Positions 63,353 through 64,000 of a stretch of 64,000 nt of DNA are shown piece by piece. Below the pieces are notes generated by a model. It saw only the letters and a list, made by a program, of their open reading frames with translations. It was not told the origin of the DNA and did not search any database. Source of the DNA: an uncultured Acidobacteriota bacterium (lineage in GTDB: Bacteria; Acidobacteriota; UBA6911). The translations under genes and the position numbers were made by a program. Positions within the stretch are counted from its first letter, which is position 1. Each line of letters opens with the position of its first letter. The DNA lies in the NCBI GenBank assembly GCA_963827655.1, contig CAWHCF010000008.1, positions 160,001 to 224,000 on the forward strand, given 5' to 3'.

Positions 63353-64000
63353 CTCTGCCTTCCCGGAGGAAGAGACCGGCTGGAATCGAAGTCTTGATCA
63401 GGCCATTCCGGAATCTTGCGGACTACGGCGGTTGTATAGGCATCCAGCGCGAAGTCTGGAGGGTCGAGGACATCGACATAGTTCCCATTGCCGCATTGCT
63501 GGCTATAAATCACTGTGGCGGTATCCTGCTGGGCGCGTACACCAATTTGGGTGAAATGATCGGATTCGTCTGCAGCCTGCTGGGAATGGAGCATGGAGGG
63601 TTGATTCAGCATTCTCACATGCTCGCGGTCCGGGACGCGTATCGCAACGCCGACGTGGGATACAGGCTGAAGCTGGCCCAGAGGGAGGAGGCCCTGAAGC
63701 GAAAAATTCGCGTTATAGATTGGACCTTTGATCCGATGCAACCTCTCAATGCCTACTTCAACATGGGCAAGCTGGGCGCCTGCGCCAATACCTACGAAGA
63801 GAACTTCTACGGAGAGACAACCAGCGCTCTGCATCGAGGGCTCCCGACAGACCGGCTTGTGGCTCGCTGGGAGCTGGATTCCAAGCCGGTCGAGAAGCGG
63901 CTGGACGATGGCCCGCCCAGACGCGACTTACGCGCAGGGTTGAGGCAGTTCGAGGTCATTAACGCGCTCAGGGATGTCGCGCCAGGAATGGCCGCGACTT
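63349..64000 (+). CDS. GNAT-superfamily acyltransferase, partial (runs off right edge; absent from the ORF track)
   Basis: GTG overlaps the namZ stop. Open frame reading IQREVW..HSHMLAV..LKLAQR..WTFDPMQPLNAYFNMGKLG..FYG..LPTDRLVARW. Confidence 0.85.
   Translation, partial: MTLPSRRKRPAGIEVLIRPFRNLADYGGCIGIQREVWRVEDIDIVPIAALLAINHCGGILLGAYTNLGEMIGFVCSLLGMEHGGLIQHSHMLAVRDAYRNADVGYRLKLAQREEALKRKIRVIDWTFDPMQPLNAYFNMGKLGACANTYEENFYGETTSALHRGLPTDRLVARWELDSKPVEKRLDDGPPRRDLRAGLRQFEVINALRDVAPGMAAT

Overview
Chromosomal segment of an Acidobacteriota bacterium: the 16S 5' end carries GATCCTGGCTCAGAATC, and there is an ADOP permease and an Oar-type TonB receptor. In order: two membrane glycosyltransferase-like genes; a minimal microcompartment locus (class II aldolase, one BMC-H, three BMC-P); a LysR regulator divergent from purSQLFMN; tyrS-apbE-doxX-Tat oxidoreductase; a PQQ-like propeller, Dabb and TonB receptor; a GS-like ligase with an APC permease; a complete rrn operon (16S-Ile-Ala-23S-5S); cimA-NUDIX-ADH-MFS, preceded by an unannotated Ile-rich attenuator; a flavin reductase; ADOP; a kinase remnant; a B12 acyl-CoA mutase pair with isobutyryl-CoA-mutase residues; two ECF sigma/anti-sigma pairs divergent from a PDZ protein; lexA-hyp-DnaC-like; DUF47; an ADP-ribosylglycohydrolase; and a peptidoglycan-salvage cluster (sugar kinase, lysA, nagA, murQ, namZ, GNAT) in which glcDEF is coupled to murQ. 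Four single-base frameshifts look like assembly errors. All calls come from reading motifs by eye; no searches were run.
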